A stretch of DNA of 64,000 nucleotides from the NCBI GenBank assembly GCA_024699055.1, contig JAILQG010000107.1:14494-78493 (forward strand), in the 5' to 3' direction. This DNA is from Bacteroidales bacterium. GTDB taxonomy: Bacteria; Bacteroidota; Bacteroidia; Bacteroidales; UBA932. Both the position numbers and the translations under genes were made by a program. Shown here one piece after another: positions 9,388 to 20,291 of this stretch (positions are counted from its first letter, which is position 1; the number at the start of each line of letters is the position of its first letter). The notes beneath the pieces were generated by a model, which had not been told where the DNA came from, ran no database searches, and saw only the letters and a program-made list of their open reading frames with translations.

Positions 9388-10466
9388 CTTCTTGCCCTGT
9401 CGTACAGGAATGCGGTTATTATGGCATATATGATATTCGGCAGCCAGAGCGCCAGCCACGCAGGCAGCGACCCGGTGAACACGAACATCTGGGAGAAGCG
9501 CTGGAACAGTATGTAAGAGAAGGCCAGAGCTATGCCTATGGCCAGGTTCCAGCCCGTTCCGCCCCGTCGCTTGCGGGACGAGAGCGATACGCCCATGATG
9601 GTCAGGATAATGGCCGAGAAGGGCATGGCCCAGCGGGTATGCTTTTCAATCTCCGCATACATCACGTTCGCGTCGCCTCGCATTATCTGCTTTTCTATCA
9701 ACTGGTTCAACTGCTCCCCGGAAAGCTTTTCCACCGTTCGGTTGTTCTCATAGAAGTCCGTGATGGTAAGCGCTATTACCGTGTCTTTCTTTTCTCCGGA
9801 AGTGATACGGTCTTCAAGCCCACCTGTATATTCGCGTATGAACCAGTTGCGCAGGTGCCATCCGCCGAAGGTGCTGTCCCACACGGCTGAATCCGCCGAG
9901 AGTTTGCTTTTTATCCTGCCGTTCTCGATGTCTTCGAGGGTGAAACGGTATGCGGTGTTGTTCCAGGTGCTGAAGTTGTCCACGTACACATACTGCCCCG
10001 GGGCTATCTGGTAATGGATTTCCCGTCGTTTATCCTTCACATGGCTGTGCCGTATGTATTTGACCTCGAACTCCACCCGTTTGGCATTGGCCCGCGGTAT
10101 CACGTACAGGTTCAGCCCGAGAGACAGCATGGCGATGAGGAACGACGTCACTATGTATGGCACCATCATCCTGTGGTAACTCACACCGCCCGAGAGTATG
10201 GCTATTATCTCGGAATTCGCCGCCATGCGGGAAGTGAAGAAGATTACCGTAATGAACACGAACAGCGGGCTGAACATGTTGATGAAATACGGGATGAAGT
10301 TGATGTAGTAGTCGAAGACTATCTCCTGCATGGAAGCGTGCTTCTGCACGAAGTCGTCGATTTTCTCCGATATGTCGAAGATGATGACTATACCGATGAT
10401 GAGCAGCAGGGCCACGAAGAAGGTGACCAGGAAACGCTTTGCTATGTAAAGGTCTATCTTCTTCAT
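9384..10466 (-). CDS. lptG: LptF/LptG family LPS export permease (copy 1)
   Basis: Three N-terminal and three C-terminal TM helices, SEIIAILSGG and WLPNII; follows tgt. Confidence 0.85.
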   Translation of the reverse strand: MKKIDLYIAKRFLVTFFVALLLIIGIVIIFDISEKIDDFVQKHASMQEIVFDYYINFIPYFINMFSPLFVFITVIFFTSRMAANSEIIAILSGGVSYHRMMVPYIVTSFLIAMLSLGLNLYVIPRANAKRVEFEVKYIRHSHVKDKRREIHYQIAPGQYVYVDNFSTWNNTAYRFTLEDIENGRIKSKLSADSAVWDSTFGGWHLRNWFIREYTGGLEDRITSGEKKDTVIALTITDFYENNRTVEKLSGEQLNQLIEKQIMRGDANVMYAEIEKHTRWAMPFSAIILTIMGVSLSSRKRRGGTGWNLAIGIALAFSYILFQRFSQMFVFTGSLPAWLALWLPNIIYAIITAFLYDRARR

Positions 10467-11593
10467 AGCCTGGAACTCAAAACGGGTGTTACGGAATCCT
10501 TCCAGTCTGCGAAATCCCCCGCTTCGATATGCTTGCGGGCCTTGCGGACGAGGTCGAGATAGAAGGCAAGGTTATGTTCGCTGGCAAGCATCGCGCCGAA
10601 CATCTCCTGTGCGGCGAAAAGATGCCTTACGTAAGCTTTTGTGTAGACGTGGTCCACGAAGGAAGCGCCGCTCGGGTCGAGTTCGGAGAAGTCGTCCTTC
10701 CACTTCTCGTTGCGAAGGTTCATGATGCCGTTCCATGTGAACAGCATCGCGTTGCGGCCGTTGCGGGTGGGCATCACGCAGTCGAACATGTCAACCCCGC
10801 GTGCTATGCCCTCGAGTATGTTGGCGGGTGTTCCGACGCCCATTAGGTAGCGGGGCCTGTCCTTCGGGAGGAGAGGCACTGCGAATTCCAGCATCTCGTA
10901 CATCTTTTCCGTAGGCTCACCAACGGCAAGTCCGCCTATCGCATAACCGTCAGCCTCAAACTGAAGGGCGTGTTCAGCCGCCTCTTTGCGGAGGTCCGGG
11001 TACACACAGCCCTGAACTATGGGGAAGAAGATCTGCTCGTAGCCGTAAAGCGGCTCTGTCTCGCGGAAGCGTTTTGCAAAGCGCTCCAGCCAGCCCTTCG
11101 TCAGGTCCAGTGACTTCTTTGCGTAATCGTGGGTTGCGTCGCCCGGACAGCATTCGTCAAGAGCCATGCAGATGTCCGCGCCTATCACCCTCTGGGTATC
11201 TACGTTGTTCTCGGGGGTGAAGATATGGCGGGATCCGTCGATATGGCTGCGGAATTCGCACCCTTCCGGGGTAAGTTTGCGAATCGGCGAGAGAGAGAAC
11301 ACCTGGTATCCGCCGCTGTCGGTAAGTATGGGACGGTCCCAGTTCTCGAAACGGTGGAGTCCGCCCGCCGCCCGAAGTATGTCCAATCCGGGACGGAGAT
11401 ACAGGTGATAGGTGTTGCCCAGAATTATCTGCGCACCTATGTCGTCCTTGAGGTCCCGGTGATACACGCCCTTAACGCTGCCCACCGTACCGACGGGCAT
11501 GAAAATCGGGGTCTGTATATCCCCGTGGGCGGTATGGAGAACCCCGCTTCGCGCTGCGGAACGGGAGTCCGAAACCTGGACCGAAAAATTCAT
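10463..11593 (-). CDS. tgt: Queuine tRNA-ribosyltransferase (copy 1)
   Basis: TPIFMPVGT, LGNTYHL, TDSGGYQV and GVDMFDCVMPTRNGRN. Confidence 0.96.
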   Translation of the reverse strand: MNFSVQVSDSRSAARSGVLHTAHGDIQTPIFMPVGTVGSVKGVYHRDLKDDIGAQIILGNTYHLYLRPGLDILRAAGGLHRFENWDRPILTDSGGYQVFSLSPIRKLTPEGCEFRSHIDGSRHIFTPENNVDTQRVIGADICMALDECCPGDATHDYAKKSLDLTKGWLERFAKRFRETEPLYGYEQIFFPIVQGCVYPDLRKEAAEHALQFEADGYAIGGLAVGEPTEKMYEMLEFAVPLLPKDRPRYLMGVGTPANILEGIARGVDMFDCVMPTRNGRNAMLFTWNGIMNLRNEKWKDDFSELDPSGASFVDHVYTKAYVRHLFAAQEMFGAMLASEHNLAFYLDLVRKARKHIEAGDFADWKDSVTPVLSSRL

Positions 11594-11640
11594 CATACAA
11601 AGATAGTCAATTTAGAAGAAAAAGAGTTATTTTTGCGTAT

Positions 11641-12918
11641 ATGAAAAAATCCCAGCTGAAGATCAGGCTCGTCCTGATGCTCATCCTCCAGTATGCCGCA
11701 TGGGGGGCCTACCTGACCTCCCTCGGCCGCTATCTCGGCAACGCCGGTCTCGGTCCGCAGATTAAGTGGTTCTTCGCCATGCAGGGCATCGTTTCCATTT
11801 TCATGCCCACCCTCATGGGTATTGTGGCCGACCGTTTCATCCCAGCACAGAAGACACTGTCGCTCTGCCATGGCCTTGCCGGCCTGTTCATGATAGGAGC
11901 AGGTCTATATTGCGCCAGTGCAGGCGGCGCGGTGCAGTTCGCTCCCCTCTTCGTGCTTTACAGCCTCAGCGTGGCGTTCTACATGCCCACCATCGCAATC
12001 TCCAACTCCGTGGCTTACAATGCAATGGGAAAGAACGACATGGATCCCGTCAAGGAATTCCCACCCCTGCGCGTGTTCGGTACCGTCGGCTTCATAGCAA
12101 GTATGCTGGCCACCAATTTCATCAGGATAGGCGGAGTTGCCATGCAGGACAGCTACACCCAGCTGTTCTCCTCCGGCATCCTTTCCCTGATCCTCTGCGG
12201 ATACGCCCTCAGCATGCCGGCGTGCGAAGTCAACCGCGGTGAATCCAAGAGTTTCGCCGAGGCCTTCGGACTCAAGGCTTTCAGCCTGTTCAAGGATGGC
12301 CAGTTCGCGGTGTTCTTCATTTTCAGCATGCTTCTCGGCGCCGCCCTGCAGATTACCAACGGCTATGCCAACACCTTCCTCGGTTCATTCGCCGCGGATC
12401 CCGCGATGGCTGACTCTTTCGCAGTCAAGAACTCCAACGCGCTGATTGCCATCAGCCAGGCTTCGGAGACTCTCTGCATACTGCTCATCCCCTTCTGCAT
12501 GAAGAAACTCGGAATCAAGAAGGTGATGCTCCTCGCCATGTTCGCCTGGGTCTTCCGCTTCGGCTTCTTCGGACTCGGCAATCCCGCGTGGCCCGGCGTG
12601 CTGCTCTTCGTGCTCAGTTGCATAGTATACGGCGTAGCATTCGACTTCTTCAACATCTCCGGTTCTCTCTACGTCAACGAGAACACCACCACCGACATCC
12701 GTTCCAGCGCACAGGGCGTGTTCATGCTCATGACCAACGGACTCGGAGCCACCATAGGAACCCTTGCCGCCGGCAGGGTCGTGGAGGCTGTCGGAGTATT
12801 CGAAGACCCGTCCAAGTGGGCATCGGCCTGGTATATCTTCGCGGCTTATTCCCTCGTAGTGGCAGTGCTCTTCGCCCTCCTCTTCAAGGACCCGCAGAAG
12901 GCCAAGAAGGCAGCTTAG
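11641..12918 (+). CDS. MFS nucleoside:H+ symporter, NupG/XapB family (copy 1)
   Basis: Multi-TM profile, FPPLRVFGTVGFI, SQASE and YGVAFDFFNISG. Confidence 0.88.
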   Translation: MKKSQLKIRLVLMLILQYAAWGAYLTSLGRYLGNAGLGPQIKWFFAMQGIVSIFMPTLMGIVADRFIPAQKTLSLCHGLAGLFMIGAGLYCASAGGAVQFAPLFVLYSLSVAFYMPTIAISNSVAYNAMGKNDMDPVKEFPPLRVFGTVGFIASMLATNFIRIGGVAMQDSYTQLFSSGILSLILCGYALSMPACEVNRGESKSFAEAFGLKAFSLFKDGQFAVFFIFSMLLGAALQITNGYANTFLGSFAADPAMADSFAVKNSNALIAISQASETLCILLIPFCMKKLGIKKVMLLAMFAWVFRFGFFGLGNPAWPGVLLFVLSCIVYGVAFDFFNISGSLYVNENTTTDIRSSAQGVFMLMTNGLGATIGTLAAGRVVEAVGVFEDPSKWASAWYIFAAYSLVVAVLFALLFKDPQKAKKAA

Positions 12919-13640
12919 ATTTCCAGATGGATGCTCCCGCCCCCGTCCCAGGGCAGGACATCGACAGCAATACTGAGGGGCGCGAGGGATACACGCACGC
13001 GAGCGTCGGCAAGGTCCTTCGCGCCCCAGTCGTATCCGGCTGCGAGCAGGGCGTATCCCAGATCCCAGTTCCACAGGGCCGCGCCGCCATCGGAATCGAG
13101 GCAGACCAGTTCCAGCGCGGAATCGCCCGCGTCCTCTGGGAGCCGCACCGACGGCTCCTTTCCTGAGAGCGGCAAGAGGCAGCGGAAGCCGTCTGAGGAA
13201 CGCACTACAAGGCTGCCTGCATCTGGATCCGGCTCCGCGTCGAAAGAGAACCATACGGTAGCGAAACGCTTGTGGAGCTGTACTTCCGCGAAGCACTCGT
13301 CTTCACGGACACGGAAATTCGACGAATCCGCCCAGAGGCTGTCGCATTCCCCTCCCCAGGCCTGGCCGCGCTCGGCGCCGTTTCCCAGCACCGCCTCCAT
13401 TTTAACGGCGCCCCTTCCGACTTGAATCCAGGTTTCAGGATGGTCCGCCGACAGCGACAGGGTATACGTTCTGCCGCAGCTGTTCACGCTGACCCTGGCT
13501 TCGAAGGCTCCGGCAATGGATACGCTGCGCCCGGAAAGGGCCAGGTGAAGCCAGCCCGGACACGCACTCCTGTCTTCCTTTATGCTGCATGAAGCGACGA
13601 GAAAGGCCGCTGCGCAAAGTTCGATAATCTTTGTCTTCAT
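12915..13640 (-). CDS. Lipoprotein, FimB/Mfa2-like pilus anchor candidate (copy 1)
   Basis: Lipobox VASC followed by SIKEDRSAC; C-terminal beta-strand AVDVLPW; co-transcribed with the OmpA-like gene. Confidence 0.55.
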   Translation of the reverse strand: MKTKIIELCAAAFLVASCSIKEDRSACPGWLHLALSGRSVSIAGAFEARVSVNSCGRTYTLSLSADHPETWIQVGRGAVKMEAVLGNGAERGQAWGGECDSLWADSSNFRVREDECFAEVQLHKRFATVWFSFDAEPDPDAGSLVVRSSDGFRCLLPLSGKEPSVRLPEDAGDSALELVCLDSDGGAALWNWDLGYALLAAGYDWGAKDLADARVRVSLAPLSIAVDVLPWDGGGSIHLEI

Positions 13641-15502
13641 AGTTGCGAATCAAGCTTGTCGTATTTCTTTTTCAGGCCAGAAATCTCGGGATCGAGGTTC
13701 CCCCTATGGATGAATGAAGGATCCATCCCGCATGCCTGGAAGTAGGCTTCAACCGCATCCCTTTCCTCACCACGGCGGGCATGCACCAGGGCCCGTATAT
13801 ACTGCCCCCGTGCGGTCAGAGGCAGTTTCTCCAGCACAGCAAGCGCCGATGCGTTCCTGTCCATTGCGCAGTAAGCCACAGCTGAGTTTATGTCTTCGTA
13901 CGTGGCAAGGATTTCCATCGCTTTACTGTACTCCCCCGTCCTGAGCGCTCTCAGCCCGGCCGCATAGAGGGTGTCGGGCACGGTCGTATGCAGGGTATCC
14001 TTCACCATCCCCCGCCTATGGCGGTAAAAGCGGAAGTTCACCACCCTCAGATGGGGATACAGGTGATTTCTCACGTGGGCATAGCAGGGCATGGCCGCCA
14101 GTTTACGCTCCCTGCGGTCAGGGTCGCGCACCGACATCAGCTCAGCCACCTCCTCCTTTTCTGACTGCGTCAGGAGCGTGTCGGAGGCTATGGCCGCCAT
14201 TAGACCGTCCCAGTTTTCGGGAAATGTCCGGGGAATGAATTCAGGAGCCTTGTCGTCCACCGGACCTGTTCCGGAATACCAGTCACAGACCGCCCTGCTC
14301 CGTCGCCGCGAGAGTGCCGTATTGAAGCGCCAGCTCCCTTCGGGCGAACAGGTAGCGGCAACTATTATCGAATCCATTTCATAATCGTCATCGTCCATCA
14401 GTTCTTTGAGGACAGTCGCTATCTTTCTCATCTCCAAAGCGTTGCGACCCAGAGAAGTGTCCAGCGCCGCACTTCCCGGAGCGAATTCCAGAAGGCATTC
14501 CCCGTCGTCCCTTGCAACTCGTTCGGTTATCTTCAGAAGAAAGCGTTCCCGCTCCTCGGCCAGGGAACTCAGCGAAGAAATGTAGAAGACGAGAGGCTCC
14601 CCGAGAGGCAGGCGGCAGAGTTGCCTGTCCTCCTCGTACAGTTCCCCTTCGAGCACTATCTCTGCCTTACGGAGCCCCGGCTTCGTGTGCATCAGGTGCG
14701 AATAGGTATAAACCATCTCGCCGCTTCCTTCAGTCACCACGGTGTCGAGCCGGAGCCCCTCGGGCATGGGAGCCTTGACGTAGCGGGAGAAAGCCCTGCC
14801 GGTCATGGCGGCCCTGCGGCTGTTCATTCTCATGCGGAACCTGTCGGTATAGTGCTCTACGGCCTGACGCTCAGTCACCCCGTAGATGGACTCGAAACGC
14901 TCGTCCGAGACATAGGTGCTGTCGTTTTTCAGGGCCCAGATTCCGGGAAGATTCCTCCGTATGAATATCTCCAGCTGCGCCGTGCGTATGAACAGGGTGC
15001 TGTCCGACACTATGCTCTCCAGGAAATGCCTGTATCTTTCGTAGCCGCGCAGCTGGGCACGCCTGTAGGCCATTCCGGTAATGTATACCGGAGCCAGTGG
15101 CGTCCTCTCTCCGGCAGCATGCAGGAAGGGAAAAAGCCTGAGCTGCCAGCCGCTTTCGACCATTCCCTCAGGTACCCTTACATCGAACCTCAGGGTAACG
15201 CAGCCATGCCTTTCCGCCACGTTGCGGAAGCGGGCCGCCACCACTACCGGAGAGATGACGTCGCTTGCCACCATCTCCCCGTTTTCGTCGCGGACAGCCC
15301 GCATGAGAAGCATCCTGCGGCCCTGCGCGTCGGTCACTTCGATCGTGTCCGAGGCCGGCTCCGTTTCAAGGAGTTCTGCCGGACGCAGGTCTTCGGCCAT
15401 ACTGAGGGTAGGAGCAAGCACACCCTCGCGCACGGCCTCCACCTTACCTGCCGATGAGCAGGCGCAGAGCATGAGCAGTATCGCAGGAGCCGGGAGCCTC
15501 AT
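13637..15502 (-). CDS. Lipoprotein with OmpA-like domain and C-terminal TPR-like helices (DUF3868-like, pilus-associated) (copy 1)
   Basis: Lipobox LCAC; CSPEGSWRFNTALSRRRS, ENWDGL and LYPHLRVV motifs typical of DUF3868-type fimbrial locus proteins. Confidence 0.6.
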   Translation of the reverse strand: MRLPAPAILLMLCACSSAGKVEAVREGVLAPTLSMAEDLRPAELLETEPASDTIEVTDAQGRRMLLMRAVRDENGEMVASDVISPVVVAARFRNVAERHGCVTLRFDVRVPEGMVESGWQLRLFPFLHAAGERTPLAPVYITGMAYRRAQLRGYERYRHFLESIVSDSTLFIRTAQLEIFIRRNLPGIWALKNDSTYVSDERFESIYGVTERQAVEHYTDRFRMRMNSRRAAMTGRAFSRYVKAPMPEGLRLDTVVTEGSGEMVYTYSHLMHTKPGLRKAEIVLEGELYEEDRQLCRLPLGEPLVFYISSLSSLAEERERFLLKITERVARDDGECLLEFAPGSAALDTSLGRNALEMRKIATVLKELMDDDDYEMDSIIVAATCSPEGSWRFNTALSRRRSRAVCDWYSGTGPVDDKAPEFIPRTFPENWDGLMAAIASDTLLTQSEKEEVAELMSVRDPDRRERKLAAMPCYAHVRNHLYPHLRVVNFRFYRHRRGMVKDTLHTTVPDTLYAAGLRALRTGEYSKAMEILATYEDINSAVAYCAMDRNASALAVLEKLPLTARGQYIRALVHARRGEERDAVEAYFQACGMDPSFIHRGNLDPEISGLKKKYDKLDSQL

Positions 15503-15504
15503 CG

Positions 15505-15855
15505 TCAGTTCATTTCATCGACCATTGTTTCGTTCTTGGCGTACACCGTTATTTCCTGGGCGACGATATCCGAATAATAACGGTCGGGCTGGCCCTGGTT
15601 CTGGATTTTGGTATTCTTGATGCGGCCGATCACCCTCAGCTTGGCTCCTTTCTGAATCTGCGAAGGAGCCGGAATGGACACGCCCGGCCACGCCGTGACG
15701 TTGTGCCAGGTCGTTTCGATCACCGCTTCTCCGGACGAATCCTTGTATGCCCGGTTGGTAGCCAGCGAGAAATGCGTGACGTTGCGTCCGTTTACGTTCT
15801 GCGTGTTGGACGAGCCTACGATTCCCCTCAATTCCACTTTGTTCATCTGTTCCAT
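15505..15855 (-). CDS. ssb: Short single-stranded DNA-binding protein without an acidic PF tail (copy 1)
   Basis: NKVELRG, FSLATN, TTWHNVTAW and KGAKLRVIGRI OB-fold; 116 aa. Confidence 0.88.
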   Translation of the reverse strand: MEQMNKVELRGIVGSSNTQNVNGRNVTHFSLATNRAYKDSSGEAVIETTWHNVTAWPGVSIPAPSQIQKGAKLRVIGRIKNTKIQNQGQPDRYYSDIVAQEITVYAKNETMVDEMN

Positions 15856-16104
15856 AGTTCATAATTTTTAATTGTTCCGGAACGGGCCCAGGCCGCGCGG
15901 TCCTGCCCCGCTCACGGTGCAAAGAAAAGCAAGAGAATCGAGAAAAAATACGGCCTGTGACGAGTGAAATGCACATTTTTATGTTTTTGCGGGTTTCGAA
16001 AAAAACGTAAACAAATACCCCCTTCCATAAAAAACAGAAAAAAAGCGCGAAAAATAATTTACCCCCTTGCAGGAACGGAAAAGGCACCCCATATTTGGGG
16101 CGCA

Positions 16105-16482
16105 ATGAAAGAGTATATAAAGGAAGCGAAGGCGTACAAATGCCTCAACTGCGGCAAAACCGGATTCGGGAGGGCGGGCAGGAAATTCTGCAGCCAGGAG
16201 TGCAAGAATGCGTGGCACAACGCCCTTGTCCGGGACAGCCGGCTGTACCGAAGCCGCATACTCACGGCTCTCGGGCGCAATTACAGCGTACTCTCCGAGG
16301 CCATTGCCCGCGGAGAGCTGTCGATAGACATAATATCAATGGAAAACAGGGGCTTCCGCCCCTGCTACATAACCGGATACATCCCCGGGCGTTACCGGGG
16401 TGACAGATACCGCTGCTTCGACATCAGTTACTGCCGAAGTGCGTCGCGGGTTTACAATATCCGCAAAGAGGAAGGAGATTAG
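16105..16482 (+). CDS. Small basic Zn-ribbon protein (CxxC...KFCSxxC) (copy 1)
   Basis: CLNCGK...GRKFCSQECKNAWHN; intact homologue at 50207-50584. Confidence 0.75.
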   Translation: MKEYIKEAKAYKCLNCGKTGFGRAGRKFCSQECKNAWHNALVRDSRLYRSRILTALGRNYSVLSEAIARGELSIDIISMENRGFRPCYITGYIPGRYRGDRYRCFDISYCRSASRVYNIRKEEGD

Positions 16483-16916
16483 TCCTTCGCGGCCTTGGGG
16501 GCCTTCGGAGTGCCGGGGGCCGGAGTCTTGACGACCTCGGTGACGAACTTGTCGAAATCGGCCTCTGAAATCATGTGGCAGGTGCCGTTGATCTGGGCGC
16601 CCATCTCCACCTGGAATTTACGGACGTTGATGTTTCCGTTCACGGAAGCGGCCCCCTTGAGGGTCATGGTGTCCTTCACATAGATGTCCCCTTCCATCTT
16701 TCCCCAGAAATCCACGTTGGTGCAGAGCAGGGAGCCGGTCACTACCGAATTCTCGCCTACGACAATCTTGCCCTTTGAATAAATCTTGCCTTCCACGGCT
16801 CCGTCGATACGGATGTCATTGAGGGATGACACTTCACCCTTGATGACGGTTCCCGCACTGATATGGGAAACGTCGTTCACGTCCACGATGGGTTCCATTT
16901 CTTTGTTGTTATTCAT
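16479..16916 (-). CDS. Bactofilin (polymer-forming cytoskeletal protein) (copy 1)
   Basis: ISAGTVIKGEV, IRIDG and VEMGAQING beta-helix repeats; downstream of secA. Confidence 0.88.
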   Translation of the reverse strand: MNNNKEMEPIVDVNDVSHISAGTVIKGEVSSLNDIRIDGAVEGKIYSKGKIVVGENSVVTGSLLCTNVDFWGKMEGDIYVKDTMTLKGAASVNGNINVRKFQVEMGAQINGTCHMISEADFDKFVTEVVKTPAPGTPKAPKAAKD

Positions 16917-16937
16917 ATTGTATTGATTTGATTTCTG

Positions 16938-19900
16938 TTATACGAGTCCTTTCCCGTGGCAGTTCTTATACTTCTTGCCGCTTCCGCACGGGCACGGATC
17001 GTTGCGGCCTATCTTCTTGTCCGCCTTTATGGGGGCGTTGGCCCTCTGCTCTCCGTTGGTCACGAGGTCGTCGCGGTGGGCGTTGAGTTCGGGGGCGGCA
17101 CGGCGCTGCGCGCGGTTGGGGGCATGCTGGGCCTCGTTGGCATCGCGCAGGGGTACGAACGCACGGAGCAGGAAGGTGAGCACATCCTGGTTCAGGCTTT
17201 CGAGCATGCCTGCGAAGAGGTTGTAGCTCTCGAGTTTGTACACCACTATCGGGTCTTTCTGCTCGTAGGAGGCGTTCTGGACGCTCTGCTTGAGGTCGTC
17301 CATTTCGCGCAGATGCTCCTTCCAGTGCTCGTCTATCTGGTAGAGTATGATATTGCGGCTGAGAGTCTTGCCCACCTCGCGGCCTTCCGAAGTGTAGGCC
17401 TTTTCGAGATCCACCGAAAGAGTCATGGTCTTGCGGCCGTCGGAAACGGGGATGGCTATGTTCTTGTACATGCTCCCCTGCTTCTCGTAAACGCTCTTGA
17501 TAATGGGCGACAGCTTCTCCACAAGCGAGTCCATACGCCTCTGATAAATCTCCTGCATGTGTGCGACAAGGCTCCTTACCAGGTCGTTCGGTTTGGCGTG
17601 GTTGTAGAATTCCTCGTCGAATCCGCAGTCGATGGCGAGCTTGGCCATGAGAGTTTCCTGGAAGGCCTCGAAATCGAGTCCTTCGCACTGGTCCACCAGG
17701 AGCGACACCGAGTCGAGCATCATGTTGCGAAGGTCGATCTCGATCTTGTCGCCGCTTATTGCGTTGCGCCTGCGGGAATACACCGCCTCGCGCTGGTAGT
17801 TCATCACGTCGTCGTACTCGAGAAGGCGTTTGCGTATGCCGAAGTTGTTCTCCTCCACCTTCTTCTGGGCACGCTCGATGGCCTGGGAGAGCATCTTGCT
17901 CTCGAGGACTTCGTTTTCGCCCATGCCGAGCCTGTCGACAACGGAAGCTATGCGTTCGCTGCCGAAGAGGCGCATCAGCTTGTCTTCCAGTGAGATGAAG
18001 AAGACACTGGAACCCGGATCACCCTGACGTCCGGCACGGCCGCGCAGCTGACGGTCGACGCGGCGGCTGTCGTGACGCTCCGTACCCACTATGGCAAGAC
18101 CGCCGGCGGCCTTCACTTCAGGCGAGAGCTTGATGTCGGTACCGCGGCCGGCCATGTTGGTGGCTATGGTCACGGTGCTGCTCTGGCCGGCCTGGCCAAC
18201 TATTTCGGCCTCGCGTGCGTGCTCCTTGGCATTCAGCACGTTGTGCTTGATGCCGCGCATACGGAGCATGCGGCTGAGGAGTTCGGACGTCTCCACGTCG
18301 GTGGTACCAACCAGGACCGGGCGTCCTGCGTCGCGGAGCTGCACGATGCGCTCGATGACGGCCGCGTACTTGGCCTTCTTGGTCTTGTATATGAGGTCGT
18401 CCTGGTCGTCTCGTATGACAGGCCGGTTGGTGGGAATCACCATCACGTCGAGCTTGTAGATGCTCCAGAACTCGCCCGCCTCCGTTTCGGCCGTACCGGT
18501 CATACCGGCCAGCTTGTGGTACATGCGGAAGTAATTCTGCAGGGTGATGGTGGCGAAGGTCTGGGTAGCGGCCTCCACCTTCACATTCTCCTTGGCCTCG
18601 ATGGCCTGATGCAGTCCGTCGCTCCAGCGGCGTCCTTCCATCACACGGCCGGTCTGCTCGTCAACTATCTTGATCTGGCCTTCCACGATGATGTAGTCAA
18701 CATCCTTTTCGAACTGGGTGTAGGCCTTGAGGAGCTGGTTGACGGTATGGATGCGCTCGCTCTTGAGGGAGAAGTCCTCCATGAGGGCGTCTTTCGCCCG
18801 CTGACGCTCGGCAAGGGACATTTCGCTGTGCTCGATGGAGGCAATCTGGCTGCCCACGTCGGGAATGACGAAGAAATCCTCGTCGCCCACGCTCTGGGCG
18901 AGCACCGCATGGCCCTTGTCGGTCATGTCCACCGAATTGAGCTGCTCATTTATGACGAAATACAGCGGGTCGGTGATGACGGGCATCTCCTTCTCATTGT
19001 CCTGGATGTAGTAGTTCTCCGTTTTCTGGAGTATCACCTTCATTCCCGGTTCACTGAGGAACTTGATGAGGGGCTGATACTTGGGAAGTCCCTTATGGGC
19101 ACGCAGCAGCAGCTTTCCGCCCTCCGCCTCGTCGCCTTCGGCTATCTTTTTCTTGGCCTCATTGAGAACCTGGTTCACCAGGGAACGCTGGGCCTGATAG
19201 AGTTTCTCCACGTACGGACGGTACTCCATGAACTGGGCGTCCGACTCCGTCTTGGCTGTAGGACCGCTTATGATGAGGGGCGTACGGGCGTCGTCGATGA
19301 GCACCGAGTCCACCTCGTCGACTATGGCGAAGTGGTGCTTGCGCTGAACGAGGTCCTCGGACGTGGTCGCCATGTTGTCGCGCAGGTAGTCGAAACCGAA
19401 TTCGTTGTTCGTTCCGAAGGTGATGTCGCAGTTGTAAGCCCTGCGGCGTTCGTCCGAATTGGGTTTATGCTTGTCGATGCAGTCCACGCTGAGTCCGTGG
19501 AACTCGTAGAGCGGCCCCATCCACTCGCTGTCTCGTTTGGAGAGGTAGTCGTTCACCGTAACCACATGCACTCCCTTGCCCGCAAGGGCGTTCAGGAACA
19601 CCGGCAGGGTTGCCACGAGGGTCTTTCCTTCACCGGTCGCCATCTCCGCAATCTTTCCCTGATGGAGGGCGATACCGCCGATGAGCTGCACGTCGTAGTG
19701 CACCATGTCCCAGGTGGTGAGGTTCCCTCCTGCGGTCCAGCTGTTGTGCCAGACGGCCTTGTCGCCGTCGATGGAGACGAAGTCGCTGCCGATGCTGAGG
19801 CTGCGGTCGAAATCGCTCGCCGTCACAACCACGTCGCCTTCGGCAAGGCGCCGGGCCGTGGATTTCATGATGGCGAAGGCCTCGGGAAGGATTTCATTCA

Positions 19901-20210
19901 GGCCCTTCTCTATCGCGTCGTCCTCGTCCTTGACCAGTTTGTCGGCCTCAGTGGCGAGAGCCTCCTTCTGATCCACCGGGATGTCTCCGTCGAGTTCCAG
20001 GCGTATCTGCGCCGCACGGTCCTCGAATGGCTTTTCTATCCCCTTCATGTACTCGCGGAGCGCCGCGCTTCGCGCACGGAGTTCGTCGTTTGACAGTTTG
20101 TCAATCTCCTCGTATTTCTTGAGTATTTTGTCGAGCGTAGGCTTCACCGCGCGGTAGTCGCGGTCGGCCTTGGATCCGAAAATCTTTCTTAGGAAGTTGT
20201 TAGCTGGCAT
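16938..20210 (-). CDS. secA: Preprotein translocase ATPase SecA (copy 1)
   Basis: [41 protein letters not shown] and the SEC-C motif [18 protein letters not shown]. Confidence 0.98.
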   Translation of the reverse strand: MPANNFLRKIFGSKADRDYRAVKPTLDKILKKYEEIDKLSNDELRARSAALREYMKGIEKPFEDRAAQIRLELDGDIPVDQKEALATEADKLVKDEDDAIEKGLNEILPEAFAIMKSTARRLAEGDVVVTASDFDRSLSIGSDFVSIDGDKAVWHNSWTAGGNLTTWDMVHYDVQLIGGIALHQGKIAEMATGEGKTLVATLPVFLNALAGKGVHVVTVNDYLSKRDSEWMGPLYEFHGLSVDCIDKHKPNSDERRRAYNCDITFGTNNEFGFDYLRDNMATTSEDLVQRKHHFAIVDEVDSVLIDDARTPLIISGPTAKTESDAQFMEYRPYVEKLYQAQRSLVNQVLNEAKKKIAEGDEAEGGKLLLRAHKGLPKYQPLIKFLSEPGMKVILQKTENYYIQDNEKEMPVITDPLYFVINEQLNSVDMTDKGHAVLAQSVGDEDFFVIPDVGSQIASIEHSEMSLAERQRAKDALMEDFSLKSERIHTVNQLLKAYTQFEKDVDYIIVEGQIKIVDEQTGRVMEGRRWSDGLHQAIEAKENVKVEAATQTFATITLQNYFRMYHKLAGMTGTAETEAGEFWSIYKLDVMVIPTNRPVIRDDQDDLIYKTKKAKYAAVIERIVQLRDAGRPVLVGTTDVETSELLSRMLRMRGIKHNVLNAKEHAREAEIVGQAGQSSTVTIATNMAGRGTDIKLSPEVKAAGGLAIVGTERHDSRRVDRQLRGRAGRQGDPGSSVFFISLEDKLMRLFGSERIASVVDRLGMGENEVLESKMLSQAIERAQKKVEENNFGIRKRLLEYDDVMNYQREAVYSRRRNAISGDKIEIDLRNMMLDSVSLLVDQCEGLDFEAFQETLMAKLAIDCGFDEEFYNHAKPNDLVRSLVAHMQEIYQRRMDSLVEKLSPIIKSVYEKQGSMYKNIAIPVSDGRKTMTLSVDLEKAYTSEGREVGKTLSRNIILYQIDEHWKEHLREMDDLKQSVQNASYEQKDPIVVYKLESYNLFAGMLESLNQDVLTFLLRAFVPLRDANEAQHAPNRAQRRAAPELNAHRDDLVTNGEQRANAPIKADKKIGRNDPCPCGSGKKYKNCHGKGLV

Positions 20211-20291
20211 CTGTTCAATTATGTATAGCTTGCAAATTTAATGAATAATTGCCTAATGCAAAAATTTTGCCTATATTTGCAACCCCACACC

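Noticed and set aside
18072-20093. 673-aa plus-strand ORF and similar long ORFs opposite secA, gdhA, nifJ and glpA
   Set aside because: Antisense shadows caused by high GC3 codon bias; no motifs.
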